A stretch of DNA of 64,000 nucleotides from a virus (IMGVR_UViG_3300013005_000002:15791-79790); one strand, 5' to 3'; shown: positions 27,732-37,684, numbered from the stretch's first letter. Made by a program: numbers and translations. The notes: generated by a model not told the origin, from the sequence alone.

Positions 27732-29195
27732 GTGACAAAAAAATGTAGTAAATGTAATTTAGAAAAAACTTTAGATTTATTTCCTAATTTAAAAAGGTCT
27801 AAAGACGGCAAGTATCCTCAATGTAAAGAATGTAAATCAAGTATAGATAAACAATATTATAGTTTTAATTCCGATAAAGTTAAAAATAATGCAAAAAATT
27901 ATTATTCTAATAATAAAGAAAACATTCTTCAAAATATAAACAAAGAAGCTAAGTCTCTATATAGAAAACAATATTACGAAAAAAATAAACATATTGAATT
28001 AGAAAACGGCAAGCAATATAAAGAACACAATAAAGAGTTTCTTTCTAAAAAAAGATCAGAGTATCGTAAAGAAAATAGAAATAAAATTAATGAATATACT
28101 AGAAATCGTAAAAAAGTAGACCCGTTGTTTAGACTAGGTATTAATTTAAGAAAAAGACTTGGTGAAGTATTAAGAAATAAAGATATCATTAAAACCCAAA
28201 AACTTAATGATTATATAGGATGTTCTAAAGATGAACTAATTAAACACATAGAATCTCAATTTAAATCTAATATGAATTGGGAAAATTACGGAACTGTTTG
28301 GAATATAGACCACATAATCCCTTTGTCTGCTGGCAAAACAGAAAACCATCTATATCAGCTTTCACATTATAAAAATTTACGCCCATTAGACTGTATGGAA
28401 AATTTTAAAAAGAATAATAAAATTGAAGTGTGTTGGCAAAAATTTCAAAGAGATAAAAACTTAGATAATGATATTAAAAGTGGATTTAATTTTAATTTAA
28501 CTCCTTCTGATTTCATTCTTTCTATAGAAAAGCTTTCATTAGAGCATAGAAAATTTATTCAAAAATATGAATGGTTAGGTACAATTGGATTTGGGGTTAA
28601 GTGGGTATTTACCGCTAGATATAAGGACGATTTGGCTGGGGTTGTTATGGTATCCGAACCTAATTCATACCATTTTGGTAAGGAAGAGGCTTTGATCCAA
28701 AGAGGAGCGGTATCTAGTTGGGCTCCTAAAAATTTAAATAGTAAATTAGTTATGTTTGCTTGTAGATGGATGGTTAGAAATACAGAAAAAAGAATTTTTA
28801 CTGCTTATTCTGACGTTGAAGCTGGTGAAATAGGAACTATCTATCAAGCTTGTAATTTTGATTACTTAGGGCAAGGATTTGGTGCGTCGGTTTACTATAA
28901 ATTAGCTGATGGTAGAGTGAAAGGATCTAGATATTTTACTAGAACTTCTGCTATGAAAAAATGGGCTAAGGAGTTAAACATTGAATGGAAATCAGAATGG
29001 TGTAAGGCAAATGGGTTTCAAGACGTAGCTAAAATCCCTCAAATCATAAAAGATTATGCTAAAGAAAAGATGAAAGAATGTGAAAAAGTACAACAATTGT
29101 CCAAACACAAGTATGCATTATTATTAAATTATGGTAAAAATAAAATTAATAAGCAATGGATACCTAAACCATATCCAAAAAGGATTAAGGATTAA
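27732..29195 (+). CDS. HNH endonuclease - Mom-like GNAT DNA-modification fusion
   Basis: GTG start after AGGAG; CxxC, WNIDHIIP..SHYKNLRPL..ENFKKNNK (HNH); C-terminal APKNLNSKLV...AYSDVEAGEIGTIYQACNFDYLG (Mom-family motif). Confidence 0.75.
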   Translation: MTKKCSKCNLEKTLDLFPNLKRSKDGKYPQCKECKSSIDKQYYSFNSDKVKNNAKNYYSNNKENILQNINKEAKSLYRKQYYEKNKHIELENGKQYKEHNKEFLSKKRSEYRKENRNKINEYTRNRKKVDPLFRLGINLRKRLGEVLRNKDIIKTQKLNDYIGCSKDELIKHIESQFKSNMNWENYGTVWNIDHIIPLSAGKTENHLYQLSHYKNLRPLDCMENFKKNNKIEVCWQKFQRDKNLDNDIKSGFNFNLTPSDFILSIEKLSLEHRKFIQKYEWLGTIGFGVKWVFTARYKDDLAGVVMVSEPNSYHFGKEEALIQRGAVSSWAPKNLNSKLVMFACRWMVRNTEKRIFTAYSDVEAGEIGTIYQACNFDYLGQGFGASVYYKLADGRVKGSRYFTRTSAMKKWAKELNIEWKSEWCKANGFQDVAKIPQIIKDYAKEKMKECEKVQQLSKHKYALLLNYGKNKINKQWIPKPYPKRIKD

Positions 29196-29610
29196 ACATC
29201 CTACTCTTTCTATCAGTTCTCACACCTAAGTCAAGGTGAACCCACGTCGTGACCTTACCTTTAGTAAAATCAGGATTTTCCAACCACAGCTCATATTTCT
29301 TTAGTACCTCAGGCTTCCCTTTCAGTATCCCCGCTATACTCTGCTTACTATCATCCAAAATGTCCACAGCTAAGCACTGTGTATGCAAGCTCTTCTTAGC
29401 AGCATTTGCAATCTGCGCATTTACAGCACTTGGTCTAAATCCTGAACTCACCTTAAGCTTAGTTGTATCAATCCCGCACTCAGCCAAACAAGCATTTACA
29501 GCTTTAAGCAACTTTGCTGCATTATCCAAATATTCTTGCGTAAGTTCCTTATTTTTTTCTCTGTCTGGATATGCTCCGCTTGCTGTCAAATATTCACGTA
29601 AATCAATCAT
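29185..29610 (-). CDS. peptidase M15-family endolysin
   Basis: SSGFRP..N......KSLH....AVDI ... WVHLD zinc-peptidase motifs. Confidence 0.85.
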   Translation of the reverse strand: MIDLREYLTASGAYPDREKNKELTQEYLDNAAKLLKAVNACLAECGIDTTKLKVSSGFRPSAVNAQIANAAKKSLHTQCLAVDILDDSKQSIAGILKGKPEVLKKYELWLENPDFTKGKVTTWVHLDLGVRTDRKSRMFNP

Positions 29611-29767
29611 AAATTTCCTCTATTGATGTTATAATATGGTGTATTTCTTGTCTAGTACTAATTATTTTCCAAAATAACCATCCATAATTAGTGCGATAAG
29701 TCATGTCAGAAAGAAATCTAGAAATTCTAAACGTGTCTCTACTCAATACGTTATTATATTTTTTCAT
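29603..29767 (-). CDS. dispersed MxKY-family microprotein (54 aa, MKKYNNVLSRDT...)
   Basis: hand-translated; ATGA overlap with the upstream member; overlaps the endolysin start. Confidence 0.7.
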   Translation of the reverse strand: MKKYNNVLSRDTFRISRFLSDMTYRTNYGWLFWKIISTRQEIHHIITSIEEIYD

Positions 29768-29946
29768 ATTAAATTATCTCCCGATAAATCATTACACAAA
29801 AAATATAGTAAATTATAAACATTAAAATCCATAAATAATCCATGAAAAAATATACTACCATAATAAGCTACTCCTAATTGTATAAACAAAAAAGGAGCCA
29901 TTTTTGCGTTAGAATCTGTTCTTAAAACTGCATTATACTTTCTCAT
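29764..29946 (-). CDS. dispersed MxKY-family microprotein (60 aa, MRKYNAVLRTD...)
   Basis: ORF track 29764-29955 with the start reassigned to MRKY; upstream gene ends in the same ...EKV* overlap seen in the array. Confidence 0.7.
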   Translation of the reverse strand: MRKYNAVLRTDSNAKMAPFLFIQLGVAYYGSIFFHGLFMDFNVYNLLYFLCNDLSGDNLI

Positions 29947-30133
29947 CTGCTTCAACTACATTACCTTTTTTATCATAAAATTTTAAAATCAAGCATTGCT
30001 CGTGAGTATCACCATCCATAGTAGTTTCCAGCGTATATTTCTTAACTTTACTAATATCTACAATATCAGCAAAATCCTCTAAGTCCAAGTAACAATTACC
30101 TTTTTTATCTTTTTTCACTTTAATATTTTTCAT
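29933..30133 (-). CDS. hypothetical protein
   Basis: ORF track; GAGG RBS. Confidence 0.65.
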   Translation of the reverse strand: MKNIKVKKDKKGNCYLDLEDFADIVDISKVKKYTLETTMDGDTHEQCLILKFYDKKGNVVEADEKV

Positions 30134-30387
30134 AACTTTACCTCATATTCATTAAATAATTCATATAGTTGCTCTCTTACTGCCTCAAGTACTGCTACTG
30201 TAATCTCTGGATGTGTCTTTAATAACTCAGCAAGTTTAGGATCACTCGATGATTCATACTTTAATGCTGATCGTAAATATGTCATGTCTAGTTCCCATAA
30301 AATACAGTGCATGGCTCCGGCTTTGCAAGTAGTTTCATATTCTTCTCTTTCTTCTGGTAAGTTAAATTCTAGTATAGCTTTTGGCAT
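30130..30387 (-). CDS. conserved phage hypothetical protein (MPKAILEFNLPEE)
   Basis: recognisable KAILEFNLP N-terminal motif of phage small proteins. Confidence 0.75.
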   Translation of the reverse strand: MPKAILEFNLPEEREEYETTCKAGAMHCILWELDMTYLRSALKYESSSDPKLAELLKTHPEITVAVLEAVREQLYELFNEYEVKL

Positions 30388-30542
30388 ATTACACTTCCTG
30401 TCTTATTTAGTACGTCTAGTTTTACCCACCAACGTTCTAGTTTAGCCGGGCGTTTCACATAAGTTACACCTAGCTGCATCCATAACACAAATCCAAAACG
30501 CAGAGGGTATTTGTAATTAGAAATAGGTTGATATTTTCTCAT
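30369..30542 (-). CDS. dispersed MxKY-family microprotein (57 aa, MRKYQPISNYKYP...)
   Basis: hand-translated; GAGG RBS; first gene after a sigma70 promoter; shares QLGVxY with 29764-29946. Confidence 0.7.
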   Translation of the reverse strand: MRKYQPISNYKYPLRFGFVLWMQLGVTYVKRPAKLERWWVKLDVLNKTGSVICQKLY

Positions 30543-30562
30543 TTTTCCTCAATATTTACATA

Positions 30563-30626
30563 ACTTTACCATAGTGTACTATATATGTCAAGTTCTTTGT
30601 AAAAATCAATAAAATTAACAAGTTAG
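30563..30626. promoter_or_regulatory. divergent promoter: leftward sigma70 (TTGACA-17-TAAAGT) and rightward TTAACAAGTTAG
   Basis: -35 at 30586-30591, -10 at 30563-30568; motif at 30615-30626. Confidence 0.7.
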
Positions 30627-30655
30627 ATTGTCAGCCCTTATAAGGAGCATTTTCA

Positions 30656-31147
30656 TTGAGTAGACCATTAATAGTCAATAATAAGACATTTAATTATCCA
30701 GATCCAGGTGAAGATCCTTCTTGGGGTGGTGAGGCAAGTGACTGGGCAAGTGAAGTAACTGAAGTCTTAAATACTATTCTTGCTCCTGGTGATATATTAG
30801 CTACAGCATTTGACATAAATGATAACACCACAGTTCCTACAAATATCCAAGGACTAGCATTTGATTCATCTTTAGCTAGATCCGCTAAAATTGTATATTC
30901 AGTTTATCGTACATCTACAAATACACCAAGTGGTAATGCTGAAACTGGTGAAATGGACATAATTTATGATAATGGCGCACCCGTAAATACAAAATGGAAA
31001 ATGACACAAAATAAAAATGGTGATGCTGGAATTGTTTTTAGTATTAATGACTTAGGTCAATTTACGTACACAACTACACAAATAGATTTAGGTGCTGGTG
31101 GATATGTTGGAATTTTAAAATTCTCAGCAAAATCTACAGCAATTTAA
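30656..31147 (+). CDS. tail-associated protein
   Basis: YPDPGEDPSWG N-terminus; C-terminal domain paralogous to the C-terminus of 35498-37291. Confidence 0.7.
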   Translation: MSRPLIVNNKTFNYPDPGEDPSWGGEASDWASEVTEVLNTILAPGDILATAFDINDNTTVPTNIQGLAFDSSLARSAKIVYSVYRTSTNTPSGNAETGEMDIIYDNGAPVNTKWKMTQNKNGDAGIVFSINDLGQFTYTTTQIDLGAGGYVGILKFSAKSTAI

Positions 31148-31160
31148 GGAGTATTTTTAC

Positions 31161-34100
31161 ATGGCTTTTAATCCCTTCACAATTATTAAATCTTTATTAA
31201 TTAAAGAAGAAAATGTTTTAAATCCAAAACAAATTGAAATTGTTCCTGGCGGTACAGCAAATACTAAAACAACACTAGTCGGTTCACAAACTACTGACAA
31301 AACTCTTACTTTACCAAATGCTACTGACACTTTGACAGCAAATGCCGCAACTCAGTCTTTAACAAATAAAACAATTGATGCAGATTTAAATACAATTACT
31401 AATATTGAAAATGCCGATATTAAAGTAGGAGCAGCTATCGACGCTGCTAAAATCCATAATGGTTCCGTTTCTAACACAGAATTTGGATACCTTGATGGTG
31501 TTACGTCAAGCATACAGACACAATTAAATACTAATGCTACAAATATTGCTGATCATATTTCTGATGCAGTTGGTGCTCATGCTGCAAGTGCTATTTCAAA
31601 TACACCTGCAGGTACAATTGCTGCTACTGATCTTCAAGCTGCTGTAAATGAACTTGATGGTGATATTCAAGCGCATATTAATGATACAGTAGGAGCCCAC
31701 GGTGCTGGTGCTATTTCAAACACTCCTTCTGGTAATTTAGTTGCTACCGATGTTCAAGGTGCATTAAATGAAATCCAGACAGAATTAGATGCTGCTGTTA
31801 TTGTTGGCAATAATGCTGCTACTAGAACTTTAAATAACTTAACTACTACTTCTCTTAACGCGGATCTTCTTCCTTCTGGAGCTGGTGCAAGAAATTTAGG
31901 CTCTAGCTCTTTACCTTTTGGAACAACTAATACAGAAACACTTACTCGTCAAACTGTTGGAAATTTAACAATTTCTACAAGTTCTGGATCTTTACTTTTA
32001 AATCCTTCTACAATTATTGATGTTAATAATAAATTAGTATCTAATGTTGCTGCTCCTGTTTCTGCTGGCGATGCTGTAAACAAAGAATACGCAGACAGTA
32101 TTGCTGCAGGATTTGATCCTAAAGCCGCTGTACGTGTTGCAACTACTGCTTCTCTTGGCGGTTCTTATGCTGCTACTCCTAGTAACGGAAGATTCACAGG
32201 CGCAGCTACTGTAGTTGATGGTGTTACTTTAGCAGCTAATGATCGAGTATTAGTTAAAGATCAAGTTGATTTAAAACAAAACGGTATTTACGTCTACGAT
32301 GGTGCTGGTCAATATACTAGAGCTGCAGATTCCGATGGAACTCCTGCTGCTGAAGTATCCAGCGGTAATTTTACTTTTGCCACACAAGGAACTATAAATT
32401 CTGCTGCAGGATTTGTTCTTCTTGGTAATGGAATTTTAACATTAAATACTGATAATCTTGCATGGACACAAAGCTCTGGTGGTTCAGGCGGAGCTTCTAG
32501 ATTCTTAGATAATCTTTTATCTCCTGTAGCTATTAATCAAGATTTATTGCCTGGAGCAACAAATTCTAGAGATTTAGGTTCTAGTTCATTACGTTTTAAA
32601 GATGCACATTTACAAGGAAATTTAAATTTTAATGGTTCTTTAATAGGAACAAATATTTCAGGATTAACGAATGATGTAACAACATCTAGTGTTAACAGCG
32701 TTCTTGAATCTCCAACATTAAATTTACGTAGTGGTAATAATTCAGGAGCTGGTGGGAGCGGAAATGTTATTTTAGACCCCGGTACAGCAGGAGGAACTAG
32801 AGGTTCTACTTTATTAAGAGGTAACAGAATTTCTGTTGAATCTACTTTAAATTTAGTTCAAGGTCAAAATGCAATTCCTTTGTCTGGTCAGCAATCTTTA
32901 ACTATTCCATCTAATAGTAACGCTGAAGGATTAGTTACGCTTACAGCAAGCGATTCTACTACAAGAAATATTTTAACTGCTGCGTCTACTGGACTTCCTC
33001 AAGCTCCAAATTTAATTATTAATGGAGATGCTGAAGGAAAACTTGTCAGTTCTACATCAATTTTTATACCTTATGCTGATGCTGCAGGAACATCTCCCGT
33101 AGATGGTATTGGTGGCTCTCCTAACGTTACATCCTCAGTAACAGCAACTACACCATTATCTGGTTCTAAATCTTATTTACTTACAAAAGATGCAGTAAAT
33201 AGACAAGGTCAAGGCTGGTCTATTTTAGACGTAGCTGTTCCTCAAGCAATGCGAGCAAGAGTGTTATCAATTAAATTTGATTATATTGTAAACTCTGGAA
33301 CATTTAATGCTGGTACTTCTTCTGCAGATTCAGATGTAACAATTTGGATTTATGATATTGGTAATCTAAGATTAATTCAACCAAGTTCATACAAATTATT
33401 ATCTAATTCAACGACAGTTGTAGACCAATTCCAAGCTGAATTTCAAACACCAATTGACATGTCTTCTTTTAGACTTATTGCTCACATTGGTACTACAAAT
33501 GCTTCTGCATATACTTTGGAATTAGACAACATTGTTGTATCTCCTAGTGAATATGTATTTGGTACACCAATTTCTGACTGGGCAGATTTTCCTAGTGTTG
33601 CTGCGGGAACATTAATTAAAGGAACTACAACAAATCCTACTTATGGAACAGTTTTAAGAAATCAGGCTAGATACCGAAGAGTTGGTAGTGATTTAGAAAT
33701 TAGATGGGATTACGCTCAAACTTCAGCAGGAAGTGCTGGTTCAGGCGAAATGCTTTTTGACATTAGTCAATTAGGTTTAGCAATTGATACAACTAAAGTT
33801 CCAGCAAGTACTAGTCCTTTTATTTACACAAGAGCAAATGGAGTTGGAGTTTTTTCTGGAAGTGACACATCAAATGCACACACTGGAGCAGTTGGAGTTT
33901 ATGATTCTACTAGATTAGTTGCTTATGGAAATTTTACTGGAGCTTCTCAAGGTGTAACTACTTGGAATTCTACAGGAGTTGCTCGATTTAATATTGCAAC
34001 TGTCTCTATGTCCTTAAATGCAAAAGTACCTATTGCTGGTTGGTCTTCTTCTGTCCAAATGGCAGACCAAACTTCAACTAGAATTGTTGCTGCTAGGTAT

Positions 34101-34892
34101 ACAACGGCTTCAGCCACGGCGTACTCAAATTCTGCTCCGCTAAATTTTGCTACACAAGTTTATGATACGCATAGCGCGGTTACGGTTGGTGCGGCATGGA
34201 AGTTTACTGCTCCGGTCCCTGGAATCTACCGAGTTGTGGCAGGAACAAGAAACAATGCTTTTTCTGGTGGCGACAGATTGTCCCTTTATAAAAATGGAAC
34301 AGCATTTGCTAACGCAAATACTCCAAGCAGCGACGGAGCGTCTTTTACTGGGGGAGGTACATTAAGTGCTGAAGTCCAGTTAAATGTTGGCGACTTTATT
34401 GATATTAGAAACTCAACTGCGACCTCTAGAACCACAATTGCTGACGCATTAGAAACTCATGTTGAAATAAACAGAATCTCCGGCCCGAGCCAAATTGCTG
34501 CTTCAGAAAAAGTTTTATTCTCTGGATATGTTTCTACTAACCAAGCGTTAACTGCAAACGTAACTAATTTACCAGTACTCGCAGTTAAAGATACACATGC
34601 GGCTTGGAATGGGAGTTTATTTACATGTCCGTTGCCTGGCGATTACCAATTAAATTTAGTTGCATTTGCATCTAGTGGTGGAGCCTCTATGAAAATTTAT
34701 AGAAATGGTTCTTTGTACGGAGTCCTTCAGGGGATTGGTATTGTTGCATGGACTGGCGGAGTAGTTGTTGTAGAGAATTGTTTAGCAGGTGACACAATTT
34801 CAGTAAGAGGCGATAGCGCAGTTACTGTAGTTGGTGGAGCAAGTACTGCGGGTTCTAAATTATCTATTGCTAGAATTCCTGGGAGTAACTAA
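31161..34892 (+). CDS. long tail fibre / receptor-binding protein
   Basis: 1243 aa; AH.ASAISN.P.G...ATDVQ.A.NE repeats; DAVNKEYAD..VRVATT..DRVLVKDQ..NGIY module; C1q-like C-terminus (FTAPVPGIYRV). Confidence 0.8.
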   Translation: MAFNPFTIIKSLLIKEENVLNPKQIEIVPGGTANTKTTLVGSQTTDKTLTLPNATDTLTANAATQSLTNKTIDADLNTITNIENADIKVGAAIDAAKIHNGSVSNTEFGYLDGVTSSIQTQLNTNATNIADHISDAVGAHAASAISNTPAGTIAATDLQAAVNELDGDIQAHINDTVGAHGAGAISNTPSGNLVATDVQGALNEIQTELDAAVIVGNNAATRTLNNLTTTSLNADLLPSGAGARNLGSSSLPFGTTNTETLTRQTVGNLTISTSSGSLLLNPSTIIDVNNKLVSNVAAPVSAGDAVNKEYADSIAAGFDPKAAVRVATTASLGGSYAATPSNGRFTGAATVVDGVTLAANDRVLVKDQVDLKQNGIYVYDGAGQYTRAADSDGTPAAEVSSGNFTFATQGTINSAAGFVLLGNGILTLNTDNLAWTQSSGGSGGASRFLDNLLSPVAINQDLLPGATNSRDLGSSSLRFKDAHLQGNLNFNGSLIGTNISGLTNDVTTSSVNSVLESPTLNLRSGNNSGAGGSGNVILDPGTAGGTRGSTLLRGNRISVESTLNLVQGQNAIPLSGQQSLTIPSNSNAEGLVTLTASDSTTRNILTAASTGLPQAPNLIINGDAEGKLVSSTSIFIPYADAAGTSPVDGIGGSPNVTSSVTATTPLSGSKSYLLTKDAVNRQGQGWSILDVAVPQAMRARVLSIKFDYIVNSGTFNAGTSSADSDVTIWIYDIGNLRLIQPSSYKLLSNSTTVVDQFQAEFQTPIDMSSFRLIAHIGTTNASAYTLELDNIVVSPSEYVFGTPISDWADFPSVAAGTLIKGTTTNPTYGTVLRNQARYRRVGSDLEIRWDYAQTSAGSAGSGEMLFDISQLGLAIDTTKVPASTSPFIYTRANGVGVFSGSDTSNAHTGAVGVYDSTRLVAYGNFTGASQGVTTWNSTGVARFNIATVSMSLNAKVPIAGWSSSVQMADQTSTRIVAARYTTASATAYSNSAPLNFATQVYDTHSAVTVGAAWKFTAPVPGIYRVVAGTRNNAFSGGDRLSLYKNGTAFANANTPSSDGASFTGGGTLSAEVQLNVGDFIDIRNSTATSRTTIADALETHVEINRISGPSQIAASEKVLFSGYVSTNQALTANVTNLPVLAVKDTHAAWNGSLFTCPLPGDYQLNLVAFASSGGASMKIYRNGSLYGVLQGIGIVAWTGGVVVVENCLAGDTISVRGDSAVTVVGGASTAGSKLSIARIPGSN

Positions 34893-35149
34893 TGGCAAAT
34901 TTAGTTAAAGAAAGAACAAAATTAGATCATCAACAAGTTCAGGAGTTTTCTTTTAACGACGTAGACAAGTCAGTTACTGTTGCTGGATTTATTTCTTCTA
35001 AAGTAGGAAATAAAATTGAAAGAACTCCAGTAAGTTCTAGTATTGATGATTACAGTTATTTTGATGGAACTAACTTGCTTTATACATTACGAGTTACATA
35101 TTCATCTTCATCAAAAGATCAAGTTAATTCTGTAGAAAGAATTGCTTAA
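34892..35149 (+). CDS. small tail-associated protein
   Basis: TAATG-coupled; KLDHQQV N-terminal motif. Confidence 0.65.
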   Translation: MANLVKERTKLDHQQVQEFSFNDVDKSVTVAGFISSKVGNKIERTPVSSSIDDYSYFDGTNLLYTLRVTYSSSSKDQVNSVERIA

Positions 35150-35484
35150 TGGGAACAACCTTTAATCCATTAAATCCGTTTTTTTTGGATTTTACAGGTT
35201 CTGGAGGCTCAGGGCCTGCTAGTGGTCCCGCTGAAAGATTTACTGATACATTTAATAATACAACAGATTGGGGCTCTCCTTCTTCTGGATTGTATTCTTT
35301 ATCTGTTACAGCTCTTGTTCATGGAAAAGGCACTAATCCAAATGTTCAAGTGTATGAATTAGTTAGTGGAAGTTACGAGCAAGTGCAACCAAATTCAATA
35401 GTAATTAATATGTCTGGAGATATTACTATTAGCGCGCTACAAACTCCAGACACAAGATTTACTGGTTTAATTTTAATATTATAA
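35149..35484 (+). CDS. small tail-associated protein
   Basis: FNPL N-terminus; HGKGTNPNVQVY H-type domain-like motif. Confidence 0.65.
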   Translation: MGTTFNPLNPFFLDFTGSGGSGPASGPAERFTDTFNNTTDWGSPSSGLYSLSVTALVHGKGTNPNVQVYELVSGSYEQVQPNSIVINMSGDITISALQTPDTRFTGLILIL

Positions 35485-35497
35485 TAGGAGCAGAGAG

Positions 35498-37291
35498 ATG
35501 TCATTTAAAATAAAAGGTTCAGCAGAAATTAGTGGTAAACTAAAACTAAATCCAGAAGCAATTAATAGAGCTTTGACTGTTGATGCAAATGGAGAACTTA
35601 CTTCTTCTACTGTTACATCTACTGAGCTTGGACAATTGTCTGGCGTTACAGGCCCTATCCAAACGCAATTAACAAACAATGGTACAGCAATTACTGACCA
35701 TATTAATGACGCTACAGACGCACATGACGCTTCTGCTATTAGCAATGTTCCTTCTGGAAACTTAGCAGCTACAGACGTTCAAGGCGCTTTAAATGAGCTA
35801 CAAACTGACATTAACTCTAGAGCACTAGATGCTGATGTAATTAAAAAAGATGGTTCTGTTGCTTTTACTGCAGATCAATCAATGGGTGGAAATCAGCTTA
35901 CTAACGTAGGCGCTCCTTCTGCTTCTAACGATGCTGCTACTAAATCCTATGTTGACTCTGTTGCTGAAGGTCTTAAACCTAAAGCTGCAGCACGTGTTGC
36001 AACTACTGCTAATATTACTTTATCTGCCCCTCAAACAATTGACGGTGTAGCTGTTGTTGCAGGAAATAGAGTATTAGTAAAAGATCAAACATTAGTTGAA
36101 AATAATGGTATATACATTGTTGCCGCTGGCGCTTGGTCAAGGTCATTAGATTTTGACTCCCTTACTCCTGTTGATGAAGTAAACGGAGCAATGGTAGCAG
36201 TACAAGAAGGAACATCTAATGCCGGAAAAGTTTTTGTTCAATCCGGAGTTGTTGCAACAATTGGTACCGACCCTATTAATTTTGTATTCTTTAATTCTTC
36301 CGCTTCTCTCGTAGGCGGAGATGGTATAACTGTTTCTGGTTCTAATATTTCTGTTGATCATGACGGTGAAGGTCTTACTTTTGTTGCTACGCAATTAGCA
36401 TTAGAGCTTGATGGTACAACTCTTACTAAATCGGCTTCTGGATTAAAACTTTCTAATACAGCAGTAACTCCAGCAACTGTTGGATCTGCTACACAAACTG
36501 TGACATTGACTGTAGACCAACAAGGTCGATTGACTGCTGCTTCTCAACAAGCTATTGCAATTCCTGCTTCTCAAGTCACTGATTTTAATGAAGCAGCCCA
36601 AGATGCTATAGGAAACATTTTTACAGACTCTGCGTCTGTTGATTTTACTTATGACGACGCATTAAACACAGTTAGTGCTGCAGTTTTACCTGCTGGCGTA
36701 AATCATAATGCTTTACAAAATTACGTAGCAAATCAACATGTTGACCACTCTGCTGTTCAGATTACTACTATTGCTGACTCTGGTCTTACAGGCGGCGGAG
36801 ATATCACTACTACTAGAGCATTAAGTGTTGATATTAATGGCACTACTGCTGAAACTGTACCATCTAATCTAGATAAAATTCTTATTTACGATGCTTCAGC
36901 TACAGCATTAAAGAGCATGACAAGAGGAAACTTTTTATCTGGACTTCCTGTTAGCTCTACTGGCGACATTAACGAGACAAGTTTTTCATTAGCTAATAAT
37001 CAAGCAACACCAGCTAATGTGACAGGACTTGCTTTTGCTGCAGGTGTAGTTAGAAGTTTTGAAGCTTTAGTAAGTGTTGAAATCGACGCTACTGCTGATT
37101 TATTTGAAGTATTTACATTAAGAGGAATCCAAAAAAATGGATCTTTTGACATGTCAATTACTGCAAATGGTGATGATTCTGGAGTTGTTTTTAGTATTAC
37201 AAATGCTGGCCAGGTTCAATACCTTTCTAGTAATAATGCGGGTTTTGTTTCTGGATTAATTAAATTCCGCGCACAAACATTGTCGGTATAA
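35498..37291 (+). CDS. second tail fibre-like protein
   Basis: shares AHDASAISNVPSGNLAATDVQGALNELQ and DAATKSYVD..RVATT..RVLVKDQ..NGIY modules with 31161-34892. Confidence 0.8.
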   Translation: MSFKIKGSAEISGKLKLNPEAINRALTVDANGELTSSTVTSTELGQLSGVTGPIQTQLTNNGTAITDHINDATDAHDASAISNVPSGNLAATDVQGALNELQTDINSRALDADVIKKDGSVAFTADQSMGGNQLTNVGAPSASNDAATKSYVDSVAEGLKPKAAARVATTANITLSAPQTIDGVAVVAGNRVLVKDQTLVENNGIYIVAAGAWSRSLDFDSLTPVDEVNGAMVAVQEGTSNAGKVFVQSGVVATIGTDPINFVFFNSSASLVGGDGITVSGSNISVDHDGEGLTFVATQLALELDGTTLTKSASGLKLSNTAVTPATVGSATQTVTLTVDQQGRLTAASQQAIAIPASQVTDFNEAAQDAIGNIFTDSASVDFTYDDALNTVSAAVLPAGVNHNALQNYVANQHVDHSAVQITTIADSGLTGGGDITTTRALSVDINGTTAETVPSNLDKILIYDASATALKSMTRGNFLSGLPVSSTGDINETSFSLANNQATPANVTGLAFAAGVVRSFEALVSVEIDATADLFEVFTLRGIQKNGSFDMSITANGDDSGVVFSITNAGQVQYLSSNNAGFVSGLIKFRAQTLSV

Positions 37292-37300
37292 AGGTGATTT

Positions 37301-37684
37301 ATGAGTAATTTAGTAAGAAGTAAATATGATGCTAACACAGTTCTTGGATTTGTCCTTGATGAGGAGCGCGGAGCCCTTATTACTGTTCCACATGAAAATC
37401 AAGAGTTTGCAATAGAGCTTAGTCATCAAGATGGAGATAGCGTTCTTTCTGTACTTCCTACTATAGAACTCCAAGGAAATCAAGAAAAACCTTGCATTGG
37501 TATTAAAAATGTGGTACTATATGTAGTAAAAGGTATAGCAAAAGTTGAAGTTTCTCCTCTTTCTGAGGGTGATCTATTTTTTGAGTTAAATCTTCTACAC
37601 ATGATTCCTAAAGACATTTGTGCTAAAAGAATCCGTTTAACTGTAGATGAAAATAGTGAAGCTTACATTTGCGGACAGGGCTAA
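37301..37684 (+). CDS. hypothetical virion protein
   Basis: KYDANTV and IELSHQDGDSV motifs resembling 11329-12306. Confidence 0.65.
   Translation: MSNLVRSKYDANTVLGFVLDEERGALITVPHENQEFAIELSHQDGDSVLSVLPTIELQGNQEKPCIGIKNVVLYVVKGIAKVEVSPLSEGDLFFELNLLHMIPKDICAKRIRLTVDENSEAYICGQG

Noticed and set aside
31161-37291. Diversity-generating retroelement TR/VR pair
   Set aside because: Repeats are protein-level domain duplications without an adenine-specific mismatch pattern that I could see, and there is no reverse transcriptase in the window.
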